A DNA stretch of 32,000 nucleotides from Kiritimatiella glycovorans (lineage in GTDB: Bacteria > Verrucomicrobiota > Kiritimatiellia > Kiritimatiellales > Kiritimatiellaceae): contig NZ_CP010904.1 of NCBI RefSeq assembly GCF_001017655.1, positions 2,220,001 to 2,252,000 on the forward strand, read 5' to 3'. Within the stretch, counting starts at the first letter, position 1; the number at the start of each line of letters is the position of its first letter. The notes under the pieces were generated by a model. That model made no database searches, had not been told where the DNA came from, and was given only the letters and a program-made list of their open reading frames with translations. A program made the position numbers and the translations under genes. This document shows positions 1 through 7,910 of this stretch, one piece after another.

Positions 1-478
1 TTGAATCGAGATCGTATACGGCGCAGGTGCAGTCAGCGACCCCCTGCGCGGCCCCGGTAAATCCAAGTCTCCTCCCGTTTGACCAATGATACTTTTGCTC
101 CAGCCCATAGAAGGCCAGATGACGATATCCGAGCCCGAGCAGATGCTCCACAGCCATGCGGCCGATCGCCGCATCGTCGGTCAGAATATTGGGATAGCAC
201 GATGAGACCTTCGTATTGGGCGCATAGACACACGGGATATCGAGTTTACCGATATCCGGCGATACGTCCGATTCTCTCCATATCACCCCGTCGGCATCCC
301 AGTTCGCGAGATCATCCGGCGACACCCGGCTTTTACCGCCGGAGGCCAACGGGGTGCGCCGCAACAATGTCCACGGGCCGTGCAGGTGGGAATAATTAAG
401 GACCCCCCGCACCAGCCCGCGCTCATAGGCGCGCGCGGTATCCACCAATAGTATGACTCTGCGCTTGGCTCCGGACAT
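1..478 (-). CDS. XylR-like hybrid transcriptional regulator, N-terminal sensor (periplasmic-binding-protein-like) part; the gene runs off the left window edge
   Basis: Absent from the ORF track because no stop lies in the window. Manual translation of the minus strand from ATG (complement of 476-478) gives 159 uninterrupted codons: MSGAKRRVILLVDTARAYERGLVRGVLNYSHLHGPW...NILTDDAAIGRMAVEHLLGLGYRHLAFYG. This is colinear with the N-terminus of the complete regulator at 13429-14583 (RRVLLVMGERYNMRVHRGVAQYA...GDNEAMGREAALHFLDRGFRSFLWF). Track ORFs 33-233(-), 79-399(+) and 283-549(-) are off-frame shadows. Confidence 0.6.
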   Translation of the reverse strand, partial: MSGAKRRVILLVDTARAYERGLVRGVLNYSHLHGPWTLLRRTPLASGGKSRVSPDDLANWDADGVIWRESDVSPDIGKLDIPCVYAPNTKVSSCYPNILTDDAAIGRMAVEHLLGLGYRHLAFYGLEQKYHWSNGRRLGFTGAAQGVADCTCAVYDLDS

Positions 479-644
479 CCTCCCCCGAACCGTAGCCGGA
501 CACGCAGGCCCGTCAAGCACAATGGCACACAATGAAGGTAAAAAGACACTGAGAGAGGTTGCCCTTATGGGTCCCGCCCCGTAAAGATCGCCGCAGGAAT
601 CGCGAGCTTCCTACTTATGGGCTTATGACCTGCGGGGATCTATC

Positions 645-1679
645 ATGAACGGCAGAGAACGAATGAACGCGGTGCTGAACCACGAACCGCCCGACCGGGT
701 CCCTTTCGTCCCGTCCATTTACGAACACGGTGCAAGGGTTATCGGCAGAAGTCCCTACGAGACCAGCCGATCGGCGGCGCTTACCGCTGAAGCGGCGCTG
801 AAATCATACGAGATCTACGGACACGACCTGGTGACCGTCGGCATCGATATCTACAACGTCGAGGCCGAGGCCTTCGGCTGCGAACTCTCCTTCGACCCGA
901 AAAAATATATTCCGGGCATAAAATCCCATCCGCTGGCGGGTTCGACCGCCCTGGATGCGGGCGGACTGGACATCCCTGCGCCGGGAGAGGGAAATCGCTT
1001 ACAGCTGATCGTGGACGCGACGCAACGGGTGGTCGACGAGGCAGGCGATGAGGTATGGGTTCTGGCGACGATGTCCGGCCCGTTCTCGCAGGCCGCGGAA
1101 TTGCGCGGATTCGAAAACCTCATCTGCGATATGGTGGACACCCCGGAGCGGGTGCATGAACTCATGAACCTGACGACCGAGCTGTCGCTTCAGCAGGCCC
1201 GGCGCATCTCGGAAGTCGGCGCGGGCGTGAGTATATTCGAATCGTGGGCCACCATCCCGCTGATCACCTCGGATATCTTCGCCGAGTACGTGGTGCCCTA
1301 CAACAAGAAGGTCATCGAGATGATCAAGCGGGATTATGAGGTGCCGCCGCCGGCAGTCATCATGGGCGGCGATACGGCCATGCTGATGGACCACTTTATC
1401 GACGTCGGCACCTCGCTGGTCGTCGCCGACTACATGACGGACCTGGAACTCATGAAGGAGAAAACCCGGGATCTCCAGATGATCGTGCGGGGCTGCGCCG
1501 ACCCCAAAATGATTGAGCGCGGGCAGTGGGAGGGGGTCCAAGAATCGATTGACGGACTGGCCCGGAAGAAAAGGGGCATGAATAATTTTGTGTGGGGCTG
1601 CGGTTGCGTATCCCTCGATACCGGCACGGACGCCCTGATGAGGTTTAAAAAGATGTGCGCCGAAGCGGGGGGCCATTGA
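645..1679 (+). CDS. uroporphyrinogen decarboxylase (URO-D) superfamily protein, MtaA/CmuA-methyltransferase-like; the context is not heme biosynthesis
   Basis: 344-aa ORF. The N-terminus ERMNAVLNHEPPDRVPFVPSIY is the typical URO-D-family opening. The C-terminal half (VIMGGDTAMLMDHFIDVGTSLVVADY...) fits the family's barrel pattern. It lies 69 nt upstream of a co-directional transporter gene. Confidence 0.6.
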   Translation: MNGRERMNAVLNHEPPDRVPFVPSIYEHGARVIGRSPYETSRSAALTAEAALKSYEIYGHDLVTVGIDIYNVEAEAFGCELSFDPKKYIPGIKSHPLAGSTALDAGGLDIPAPGEGNRLQLIVDATQRVVDEAGDEVWVLATMSGPFSQAAELRGFENLICDMVDTPERVHELMNLTTELSLQQARRISEVGAGVSIFESWATIPLITSDIFAEYVVPYNKKVIEMIKRDYEVPPPAVIMGGDTAMLMDHFIDVGTSLVVADYMTDLELMKEKTRDLQMIVRGCADPKMIERGQWEGVQESIDGLARKKRGMNNFVWGCGCVSLDTGTDALMRFKKMCAEAGGH

Positions 1680-1748
1680 CCGCACACAGCGGGGTTCCCG
1701 CTCGTACATCCCGGCGAAAAGAAACGCTGAACATCGGAGAGGATCATT

Positions 1749-3428
1749 ATGTGGCTGGGCCTTGATTATGCCATCTGGTGTGTAGTGCTGATCTACCTGC
1801 TGGCCATGCTGGCGCTCGGCTGGTGGAGTCGTGGCAGGGCCTCGAGCCAGGACGGCTATCTGATGGGGGAAAGAAAATTCAATACCCCGATGATGATCAT
1901 GCACTCTTTCGGAGCCGGCACGAATCCGGGCGATGCCGCCGGCGTCGTCAGCGGCAGCACCCAGGCGGGGGCCTCGGGCGTCTGGGTGTCGTGGCTGTGG
2001 ATGTACGGAACCCCTTTCTACTGGCTGATTGCGCCGATGGTGCGTCGGATGCGCTGCCTGACCATGGCCGACTACTTCGAGGAACGCTTCGGAGGGGCCG
2101 CCAGCGCCCTGTACATCCTGGTCTCCGCGTCGGCCATGGTGGTCTGTCTTGCCAGTGTCCTTCTGGCGACGACCAAGACCGTGCAGGGCATGATGGGCAG
2201 GGTGGGAACCCCGGATGCGGAACTGTGGTTTTACGGAATACTGATCGTTACGACGCTTACGTTCATGCTGTACAGCTACTGGGGCGGCATCGTAGCGGCC
2301 ATCCGAACCGATTTCATCCAGGGGCTGATGATGATCGTCCTCTCTTTCCTGGTGGTCCCGGTTGCGCTGAACCTGGAGACCGTCGGCGGCATAAAGGGAA
2401 TGCAGGCGACGCTGGCGGCCGCATCCCGGGAGCACGGGACAGATTTGCTCTCTATTTTCGGACCCGACCGTTTCAACCTGGGGGTCGTCCTGATGCTGTG
2501 CATGCAGGCGCCTTTGAGTGCGATGGCGCTGCCGCATCTGGCCACGGTATGCGGGGCCGGGAAGACGGAGTGGCAGGGACGCATGGGCTTCGCCGGCGGC
2601 AATATGCTGAAGCGTTTCTGTACCATCGGCTGGGCCCTCCTCGGCATGGCCTGGCTGGCGCATTTGATCTCGCAGGGCGTGGTGGTGGATGCCGCGGTCG
2701 CCGACGCCGCCTTCGGCGATGCCATCCGGGCCCTGCTGCCCCCGGTGCTCCAGGGCGTGATGCTCGCCTGCATCCTGGCTGCGGCCATGTCTTCCGGCAA
2801 TGCCTTCCAGGTCACGGTTGCCGGCCTCTTCAGCGAAAATCTGTACAAGCGCTATGTCAACCCCTCCGCCGGCGACCTTCAGAAACTGAGGGTGACTAAA
2901 ACGGTCGGGCTGATCTATGTCCTGCTCGCCGTACTGGTTGCCATTCTGATGCGCGATGTGGTCCAGACGATTATGACCTACTTCACCATCCTGGCCCTGG
3001 TCGGGATTTCGACCGCCATGGGCATGTTGTGGCGGCGCATGAATCAGACGGGGATGATGACCGCGACCCTGCTGGCCGTGGCGGTGTTCGCGGGCACGCG
3101 GCTGAACGTATTCCATTTGCCGTCGGGTCTGGCCATCGGCGCACCCATCGCGGCCGGCGTAATCGGCGGCATTGTCGGCTCATTGCTGAGTCGACCCCCG
3201 GACCGGGAGAAAGTGGACCGTTTTTTCACCAAAATCTACACCCCCGTCGGGCAGGAGGACAAACTGGGGCAGTCTCTCGACGAGGCGGTGCCGGCCGATC
3301 GGCGCTGGCTGACCGCCGGCGGACTGTTTGTGGTGAAGCCGTCCCGTCAGAGCTGGGTCGGCTTCCTGGCCTTCTTCGGATTATGCATGGCCAGTCTCTG
3401 GACCATGCTGGCCCTGCTGGGAGGATAA
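1749..3428 (+). CDS. sodium:solute symporter family (SSF/SLC5-like) permease
   Basis: 559-aa ORF with a GGAGAGGA RBS 5 nt upstream of the ATG. It is hydrophobic throughout with many predicted TM segments. The N-terminal region LGWWSRGRASSQDGYLMGERKFNTPMMIMHSFGAGTNPGDAAGV is typical of SSF permeases. Confidence 0.75.
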   Translation: MWLGLDYAIWCVVLIYLLAMLALGWWSRGRASSQDGYLMGERKFNTPMMIMHSFGAGTNPGDAAGVVSGSTQAGASGVWVSWLWMYGTPFYWLIAPMVRRMRCLTMADYFEERFGGAASALYILVSASAMVVCLASVLLATTKTVQGMMGRVGTPDAELWFYGILIVTTLTFMLYSYWGGIVAAIRTDFIQGLMMIVLSFLVVPVALNLETVGGIKGMQATLAAASREHGTDLLSIFGPDRFNLGVVLMLCMQAPLSAMALPHLATVCGAGKTEWQGRMGFAGGNMLKRFCTIGWALLGMAWLAHLISQGVVVDAAVADAAFGDAIRALLPPVLQGVMLACILAAAMSSGNAFQVTVAGLFSENLYKRYVNPSAGDLQKLRVTKTVGLIYVLLAVLVAILMRDVVQTIMTYFTILALVGISTAMGMLWRRMNQTGMMTATLLAVAVFAGTRLNVFHLPSGLAIGAPIAAGVIGGIVGSLLSRPPDREKVDRFFTKIYTPVGQEDKLGQSLDEAVPADRRWLTAGGLFVVKPSRQSWVGFLAFFGLCMASLWTMLALLGG

Positions 3429-3507
3429 AGAGGAACTGTACCCCGGACTTTGTTTAATTCGCCGCCGGAAGGTTCCGGTGCACGCACAACCAAACCATGG
3501 AGATGCT

Positions 3508-4830
3508 ATGAACCCCAAGACCGCACCCCTGACACGACGCAAGTTCAGCCGGGCGTGTCTCGCCGCCGGGGCCGCCCCGCTGGTGCTGCCGGGACGGGTC
3601 CGCGCGCGGCCGTCCGCGAACGACCGGATAACCGTGGGCATGCTCGGGGTCGGGCGTCAGGCCTACCATGCCAATATGCCGGCTTTCCTGCATATGCCGG
3701 ACGTTCAGGTGGTGGCGGTCTGCGATGTGGACGACTGGCGGCTGCAGAACGCGCGTAAACGGGTCGAGACCCACTACGCCGAACAGCGGCCCTCCGGCGG
3801 ATACCGGGGATGTGCCGTCTACCGCGACTTCCGGGAGATGCTGGCGCGACCCGATATCGACGCCGTGATGATCTCCACGCAGGACCACTGGCACGTGCCG
3901 ATGTCGCTCGCCGCGATCGAGGCGGGCAAGGACGTCTCCCTCGAGAAACCCATTACCGTGAGCATCCGCGAGGGGCGCCTGCTGTGCGATGCCGTAGCGC
4001 GTTATTCGCGCGTGTTCCGGACCGACAGCGAGTTCCGCTCCCGCGACCGATTTCGCCGGGCCTGTGAACTGGTACTGAACGGACGCATCGGCACCCTGCG
4101 CCGTATCCGTACCGGCGCCCCCGCCTCGGACCGGGCCTGCCCCCCGCAGCCCGCGCAGCCGGTTCCGGAAGAACTGGACTACGACCTGTGGCTCGGTCCC
4201 GCGCCCCGCACCCCCTACACCGAGAAAAGGGTGCATCCGCGCAAGGGATACGGACGTCCGGGCTGGATGCGGGTTCGGGACTATTGCGACGGAATGATCA
4301 GCAACTGGGGCACGCATCTCAATGATATCGCCCAGTGGGGCAACGGCACGCAGACCACCGGCCCGGTCGAGATCGAAGGGACGGGCACGTACCCGGACGA
4401 CGGGCTCTGGGATGTCCTGACGGGATTTGAAGTCACCTACCGCTACGCCAACGGCGTGGAGATGCTCTACACCTACAGCCACCCGCACGTGCGTTTCGAG
4501 GGCACGGAGGGATGGGTGCAGGCGGACCTGGGCGGCCGCGGCCTGACCGCCAGTTCCCCCGCCATTCTGAACGCCCCCATCGGGGCGGGAGATATCCATC
4601 TCCCCGCCAAGACGGACAAGCGCGACTTCATCGACGCGGTCAAGACGCGCGGCGCGACGATGGAAACGGCCGAGATCGGGCACCGGACCACGACGGTCTG
4701 CCATCTCGGACATATCGCGATTCAGGTCGGCCGACGGCTTCGCTGGGACCCCGATGCGGAGGTCTTCCCCGACGACCCGGAGGCCAACCGCATGCTGGAT
4801 CGTCCCCGCCGCGCGCCATGGGTCATCTAA
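3508..4830 (+). CDS. Tat-exported Gfo/Idh/MocA-family oxidoreductase
   Basis: The track ORF is 3478-4830. I prefer ATG 3508 (GGAGA shortly upstream), which gives MNPKTAPLTRRKFSRACLAAGAAPLVLPG, a twin-arginine signal. It is followed by the Rossmann segment ITVGMLGVGRQAYHANM and family motifs DAVMISTQDHWH and SLEKPIT. Confidence 0.8.
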   Translation: MNPKTAPLTRRKFSRACLAAGAAPLVLPGRVRARPSANDRITVGMLGVGRQAYHANMPAFLHMPDVQVVAVCDVDDWRLQNARKRVETHYAEQRPSGGYRGCAVYRDFREMLARPDIDAVMISTQDHWHVPMSLAAIEAGKDVSLEKPITVSIREGRLLCDAVARYSRVFRTDSEFRSRDRFRRACELVLNGRIGTLRRIRTGAPASDRACPPQPAQPVPEELDYDLWLGPAPRTPYTEKRVHPRKGYGRPGWMRVRDYCDGMISNWGTHLNDIAQWGNGTQTTGPVEIEGTGTYPDDGLWDVLTGFEVTYRYANGVEMLYTYSHPHVRFEGTEGWVQADLGGRGLTASSPAILNAPIGAGDIHLPAKTDKRDFIDAVKTRGATMETAEIGHRTTTVCHLGHIAIQVGRRLRWDPDAEVFPDDPEANRMLDRPRRAPWVI

Positions 4831-4844
4831 TGAGAGGAGCCACC

Positions 4845-7800
4845 ATGAAAATGAAAAGAGGATCGCGGACGGTCACACTGGTGAAGTTTGTGCTGGTCGG
4901 CGCATGCCTGCTCGCAGCCGGACAGGCGGCCCGTGCCCTGACCGATGAGCTGTTCGCCTTCGACAACGGTCTGCAGGATATCAAGGGGCTGGAGGCCAAG
5001 GCACAGACGCTGAAGGAATTGGGCTATTCGGGCATAGGCTGGCGTCCCAACGGCGAGACCGCGGCTATGCTGAAGGTGCTGGACCGGCACGACCTGAAGA
5101 TGGTCAGCACCTATGTAAGTCTGCGCGTCGGGGCCGACCCCCTGCCCCTGAGTGACCGGATCAAAAACGAGCTGCGCGCTCTGGAAGGCCGGGACACGAT
5201 CGTGTGGCTGACGCTGCTCAGCGGAGAAGGCGGCACGGATGAGTCGGCCGTCGCCATGGTTCGGGAAGTGGCGAAGATCTCGGAGGAAGTGGGACTGGAG
5301 GTGGCGCTCTACCCGCACGCCGGCTGTCATGTGGAAACGGTCGAGGACGCGCTGCGGATGGCGGACGAGGTGGACCGCCCGAATGTCGGCGTCTCGTTCA
5401 ACCTCTGCCATTTCCTCAAAACCGGATCGGACCAGAACCTGAAGGCGGTCCTCCGGAAAGCGGCGCCGCAACTGCGGATCGTGTCCATCAACGGCGCGGA
5501 CCGCGGGGACACGCACGCGATGGGGTGGGCCCGGCTCATTCAACCGCTCGGAGAGGGAACGTTCCCGGTCGAGCGCCTGCTGGCCGCGCTGGACGAGGTC
5601 GGCTATGAGGGTCCCATCGGCCTGCAGTGCTTCAACGTGCCCGGGGAAGACCGCGAACATCTGCGCCGTTCGATAAGGTCCTGGCGCCGCCTGATCGCCC
5701 CCTGGAATCGGGACGCCCTGTTTTCCAGGGCCGCGGAATCGGAGTACGGCCAGAGCCGCGCCGCGCTGGCCCGGATCGTCGAACTGATCACGGACGCGCC
5801 CGCGGACCGGCAGCGGGAGTTTGAAACGCACAGCGTCGCGCTCCTGGAGGATCCCGACGCTTCGTGCCGCAGCAAACGAACGGTCTGTCACCTCCTGAGC
5901 CGGATCGGTACGGCGGAGTCTGTGCCGGCGCTGGCCGCCCTGCTCACCGATCCGCAGCTCTCCCATGACGCCCGCTACGCCCTGCAGGCGCTGGCCTGTC
6001 CCGAGGCCGATCGCGCTCTGACGACGGCACTGGATCGCGTCCCGGCGCCCCTCACGACCGGGGTGGCGGCGTCGCTGGGCACCCGCCGCGTCGAGGCCGC
6101 CGTTCCCGTCCTGGCGCAGCGGCTGAGCGACGACGGGGGCGATCCGGCGCTGCGCCATGCGGTCCTGACCGCGCTCGGGCGAATCGCGTCGGACCGCGCC
6201 CTCGCCGTCCTGCGCGAGGAGTTCGCGCGGACGCCGTCCGGGCCGGTCGGCCACGCCCTGATTCTATGCGCGGACACGCTGACCGCGGACGATCGGCGGG
6301 AGATGGCCGCGGAGCTGTGTCTCCATCTCTGGCGGGAGGCGCCCTCGCCCCTCTGCCGGGCCGCGGCTCTGCGCTCGCTGGCGCACTGCGCCCCCGACCC
6401 GGCGGCGGAACGGGTTGCCGAAGCGCTGCGGGACCCCGCAAGGCCCGTACGGGAGGCGGGCGTGGCCCTCGTCTCCGGGCTGCCGGTGAAAGCCACCCTG
6501 CACGCGGCCACGGAAGCCCTGCCTTCCGTACCGGACCGGCTTAAGGTCCGGCTGCTCACGGCCCTGCGCGAGCGCGGCGACCCCGCTGCCCGGCCGGCCG
6601 TGCTGGCCATACTGGATCACAACCACGACGACGTGAGGCTGGCCGCCCTGCGGACGATGGAAACGATCGGGGCGCCCGAAGATACCGGCCGGCTCCTCGA
6701 GATAGCCCTGTCCGGCGACGGCGACGTGAGCAAGGCGGCCGGACGCGCGCTGGCGCGTCTGCCCGGACGCGACGTGAGCCGTCGGCTGGCCGAGGCCTTC
6801 CGTCGCGCGGATGTAGAGCGGCAGCCCGGGATCTGCAGCCTCCTGGCCGCGCGGAACGATCCCGCCGACCGGCCCCTGTTCCGCACATGGATCCGCCACC
6901 CCTCCCCGGAGGTGGCCCGGTACGCGGGACAGGCGCTGGGACGTCTGGGCGAGGCGTCGGATCTGGACCTCCTGTTCGGCATGCCGGGCAGCCCGGACTT
7001 TCCCGGAACGTCGCGTCCGGCCGTGGAAGCCGCCGTGATGTCCATCGCAGAGCGCCTGCCGGCGGATGAGGCCGCGCAACGCGTACGGGACGGCCTCGAC
7101 AAAAGCGGACCGGAGGAGCGGGCGATGCGCCTCAGGATCCTGGCCGAAATCGGGGGCGAGGCATCCCTGGAGGCCGTCGTGCAGGCGAGCCGCAACGAGG
7201 ACGATCGGGTGCGGGACGCGGCCGTGCGCGCGCTGTGTGCCTGGAAACGACCGGAGGCCCTGAACCCGCTGCTGAAGATCGCGGCGGACACGGACAGCCT
7301 GACGCATCATGTACTCGCCCTGCGCGCCTGCCACCGGCTGCTGCAGAACAACCCCGAACCGGCCGGGGAACGGCGGAGCGAAGTGGTGGAGGCCGCGGCG
7401 GCGATCGCGCGCCGGGAGCAGGAAAAGAAACTGTTCACCTCCCTCGTCGTCGAAATCCACGACCTGCAGGTCCGCTCCCCGCGCACGTGGCGCGTGCATC
7501 CCGCCGGACTGGTTCCAGGGGCGGTGTGGACGAGTGACCGTGATTACACCTTTGTGAAAGTGCCCGACGGCGTATGGGGACACACGTATCTCGAGGGGGT
7601 CATGCAGGACCGCGCCATCGGCGGGGACGAACCGTTTATACGCTTCCGCATTGAGACCCCGGCCACCGTGTACGTCGCCTACGATCACCGCTGCACCGAT
7701 CTTCCGGACTGGCTGGCCGACTGGGAAAACACCGGCGAACGCCTGACCTCCACCAGTACGCCCTCGGACCTGATTCTCTACCGTAAAAGGTTCCCGGCCG

Positions 7801-7880
7801 GACCCGTAGCCCTCGGTTCCCCGGCCGCGCCGGGAACGCATGCCGTCTACGTGGTCGCCGTGGTCCGGCAGGAGATCTGA
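4845..7880 (+). CDS. secreted multidomain protein: xylose-isomerase-like TIM barrel (sugar phosphate isomerase/epimerase, AP_endonuc_2 type) + ~550-aa HEAT-repeat solenoid + C-terminal beta-rich domain of unknown function
   Basis: The track ORF 4512-7880 overlaps the previous gene. ATG 4845 has a GAGAGGAG RBS and gives the Sec signal MKMKRGSRTVTLVKFVLVGACLLAAGQAARA. TIM-barrel motifs: EVALYPHAGCHVETVEDALRMADEVDRPNVGVSFNLCHFLKTG and PLGEGTFPVERLLAALDEVGYEGPIGLQCF. About nt 5720-7400 encode Ala/Leu/Arg-rich ~30-aa repeats (e.g. VPALAALLTDPQLSHDARYALQAL, DDVRLAALRTMETIG, DDRVRDAAVRALCAW) typical of HEAT/PBS-lyase repeats. The C-terminal ~140 aa (WTSDRDYTFVKVPDG...TVYVAYDHRCTDLPDWL) look like a carbohydrate-binding-type beta sandwich. 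Confidence 0.7.
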   Translation: MKMKRGSRTVTLVKFVLVGACLLAAGQAARALTDELFAFDNGLQDIKGLEAKAQTLKELGYSGIGWRPNGETAAMLKVLDRHDLKMVSTYVSLRVGADPLPLSDRIKNELRALEGRDTIVWLTLLSGEGGTDESAVAMVREVAKISEEVGLEVALYPHAGCHVETVEDALRMADEVDRPNVGVSFNLCHFLKTGSDQNLKAVLRKAAPQLRIVSINGADRGDTHAMGWARLIQPLGEGTFPVERLLAALDEVGYEGPIGLQCFNVPGEDREHLRRSIRSWRRLIAPWNRDALFSRAAESEYGQSRAALARIVELITDAPADRQREFETHSVALLEDPDASCRSKRTVCHLLSRIGTAESVPALAALLTDPQLSHDARYALQALACPEADRALTTALDRVPAPLTTGVAASLGTRRVEAAVPVLAQRLSDDGGDPALRHAVLTALGRIASDRALAVLREEFARTPSGPVGHALILCADTLTADDRREMAAELCLHLWREAPSPLCRAAALRSLAHCAPDPAAERVAEALRDPARPVREAGVALVSGLPVKATLHAATEALPSVPDRLKVRLLTALRERGDPAARPAVLAILDHNHDDVRLAALRTMETIGAPEDTGRLLEIALSGDGDVSKAAGRALARLPGRDVSRRLAEAFRRADVERQPGICSLLAARNDPADRPLFRTWIRHPSPEVARYAGQALGRLGEASDLDLLFGMPGSPDFPGTSRPAVEAAVMSIAERLPADEAAQRVRDGLDKSGPEERAMRLRILAEIGGEASLEAVVQASRNEDDRVRDAAVRALCAWKRPEALNPLLKIAADTDSLTHHVLALRACHRLLQNNPEPAGERRSEVVEAAAAIARREQEKKLFTSLVVEIHDLQVRSPRTWRVHPAGLVPGAVWTSDRDYTFVKVPDGVWGHTYLEGVMQDRAIGGDEPFIRFRIETPATVYVAYDHRCTDLPDWLADWENTGERLTSTSTPSDLILYRKRFPAGPVALGSPAAPGTHAVYVVAVVRQEI

Positions 7881-7910
7881 GCAGGACACAACGAAAAGGT
7901 GAGAACATAC

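Noticed and set aside
999-3116. 705-aa minus-strand ORF, and similar long antisense ORFs: 3454-4713(-), 4827-6254(-), 6264-7925(-), 9780-11783(+), 11898-13280(+), 13291-14721(+), 14644-15729(-), 15796-18171(-), 21734-22933(-), 22991-24745(-), 24574-26310(-), 25859-28717(-), 29338-30702(+), 30787-31959(-)
   Set aside because: All lie antisense to, or out of frame with, genes that have clear family motifs. Their translations are Arg/Gly/Pro/Ala/His-rich low-complexity strings without recognisable domains, signals or RBS. Such stop-free shadow frames are expected at this GC content.
3478-3507. N-terminal extensions implied by the ORF-track starts (3478, 4512, 7899, 11837, 14725, 15736, 19648, 25862, 30729)
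   Set aside because: In each case an internal ATG or GTG has a GGAG-type RBS at proper spacing and yields a clean Sec or Tat signal peptide. The longer versions overlap upstream genes or promoters.
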